Source: Eledone cirrhosa
Lineage: Eukaryota
Reading direction: 5' to 3'
Length of the DNA: 64,000 nt
NCBI GenBank assembly: GCA_964016885.1
Contig: OZ024741.1
Coordinates: 384,896,001-384,960,000, forward strand
Shown here piece after piece: positions 62,301-64,000 of this stretch. How positions within the stretch are numbered: position 1 is the first letter of the stretch; each line of letters begins with the position of its first letter. Made by a program: the position numbers and the translations under genes. Under the pieces are notes generated by a model, which had not been told where the DNA came from, did no database searches, and saw nothing but the letters and a program-made list of their open reading frames with translations.

Positions 62301-64000
62301 CGGACCACAAATTCGTGATCTGTGAGGTTGACTTAGATAGGCTTCATAGACAGGGACCCGGCTACTGGAAGCTAAACGTGACATTAACAACGCGCAAGGC
62401 CTACAGAGACCGGATTAACGAACTAGTTAAGCGGGCGTTAACGGGGGCCATCGTCAACAACAGATAGTGGTTTGCTCTGAAAAGAGCGATTAGAATAGAG
62501 TCTATTAGATTTAGTAAGGCTCTATCAATAGAGAAAAATAGAGCAGAGGGAGAACTAGTTAGAAAATTAGACGAGGCGCTTATTAAAGGCATCGCGACCG
62601 ACGTACTTGTGGCGAAATTGGCCCTTGACCAATTCTTCAATGCAAAGCACGAAGGCTGCGTTGTCAGAGCTAGGGTGCGTGCTCTCAGACACGAGGGGAC
62701 GAAAGCCGTTCAATGGGCTCGAGTGGTTGAGGCGCGTCGTGGCAACAAAGCCACGATCCGGTCTTTAGTGGACTATGACGGGCGCATACTACTCGATCCC
62801 GGGGAAATGTGTGAAGCTTTTCAGCGACACTCCGCTCAGCTGTTCGGGGGCAGCGGCGCGCCTGATCGAGGGGTGGACTTTAGTGCCTACCTCGACGGTC
62901 TGCCGCGGCTCTCTCCCACTGAGGCGGAGTGTTGCGAAAAGCCGATAACAGCCGCTGAAGTACGGGAGGCAATGACTGGCTGCATAAGGGATAAATCGCC
63001 TGGTTTGGATGGTCTGCTCTATGAACTTTACGTACAGATGCTACACTTGTTCGGAGGCCTCTTGGCGGACGTCTACTGCAACTGGCAACATAACAGGAGA
63101 ATTCCCAGCTCTGCGAGCCGAGGAGCGGTGGCGCTGCTGAGAAAGGATCCGAACAAGGAGGATAACATAGATAATTTCAGGCCCATAACTCTGCTAAACA
63201 CAGCAAAGGTGCTAGCAAAGAGGTTGGCGCTTGTCGTTGGTGGTCTGGTGGGAGAGGCGCAGACATGCGCCATTCCAGACAGATCCATCCACGACAACCT
63301 CCACCTCATGCGATACATCGTAGAGAGGTTAGCTAGGGAACCTGGAACGGGTGGATCCTTGATCAATTTAGATCAGTCGAAAGTTTTCGATAGGGTCGAC
63401 AATCGTTATCTGGCGGCAGTCCTGAGGGCGGCTGGCTTTGGGCCCGTCTTCAGAGGCTGGATCGCTGCCATGCACAGTGACATCTGCTCTGTGGTGAGAG
63501 TGAACGGTCACCTTTCTGAACCGTTCAACATCATGGGCTCGGTCCGCCAAGGATGTCCCCCTCGTCCCTCTTGTACGCATTGACTCTCGAGCCATTACTG
63601 CACACACTGGAGACGTTGAGGGGGGTCCCGCGCGAAATAGGATGCGGAAGATCCGTGTCAGCATATGTGGACAATGTCACCGTAGTGGTGTCGAACGCCA
63701 AACACATCGAGGCGATCGGCACCACACTAAGAGAATACGAAGCGGTGACAGGAGCAATGATCAACCAGCAAAAGTCGGTAGGCCTGCAGTTCGGCACCTG
63801 GAGAGGCAGGTCCATGCCGTCCAATAGCGTCGTCGGGCGCTGGACGGACGGACCGGTTAAATTGATAGGGGTCTGGTTCGGTCCGGACCGCCAGACGGAC
63901 AAAAACTGGGACGAGGTGACGAGCAGGGTGGCTTCTCTCACCCAGAAATGGGCAGAGAGGAAGCTCTCCCTGAAAGGTCGAACGGAAGTGGCGAATGCGT
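59350..64000 (+). pseudogene. Tx1-like (L1 clade) LINE, 5' part: ORF1 (~59830-61610) and ORF2 APE-RT (~61640 to window end), several stops/frameshifts
   Basis: ORF1 has a CxxCx4H knuckle at ~60644 and a Thr/Ala repeat. ORF2 has SINARGL, ISET, YAP, GDWN, SPGLDG, FRPITLLN, LDQSK.FD, VRQGCP and Y.D motifs. Confidence 0.9.

Overview
This is AT-rich, repeat-dense animal genomic DNA. The SINE/LINE repertoire resembles cephalopod (Octopus-like) genomes, but that assignment is inference. I found no supportable host gene. Almost all long ORFs in the track are translations of (TA)n/(CA)n microsatellites. Positions ~5-44 kb are a large (TA)n field with many insertions. These include a near-full-length Neptune-type Penelope-like element (PLE; 8050-13016, minus), a 5'-truncated Naiad-type PLE with an intact ORF and inverted terminal repeats (26760-29480), an intact 5'-truncated RTE LINE and an intact 5'-truncated CR1-group LINE. 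The field also holds about ten unrelated non-coding units of ~0.3-1 kb, each carrying a type-I hammerhead ribozyme (HHR) fold; I read about 20 HHR copies by eye. Several of these units are head-to-tail tandems of ~330-980 nt monomers (retrozyme-like). Many are fold-back structures whose inversion point falls at the ribozyme's stem II. The Neptune element has two overlapping ORFs joined by a U-UUU-UUA heptamer, suggesting a programmed -1 frameshift. Positions 45-64 kb hold decayed R4/Dong-like (RLE) and Tx1-like LINEs and tRNA-derived SINEs. All ribozyme and family calls are by visual motif and structure reading; no search was run.
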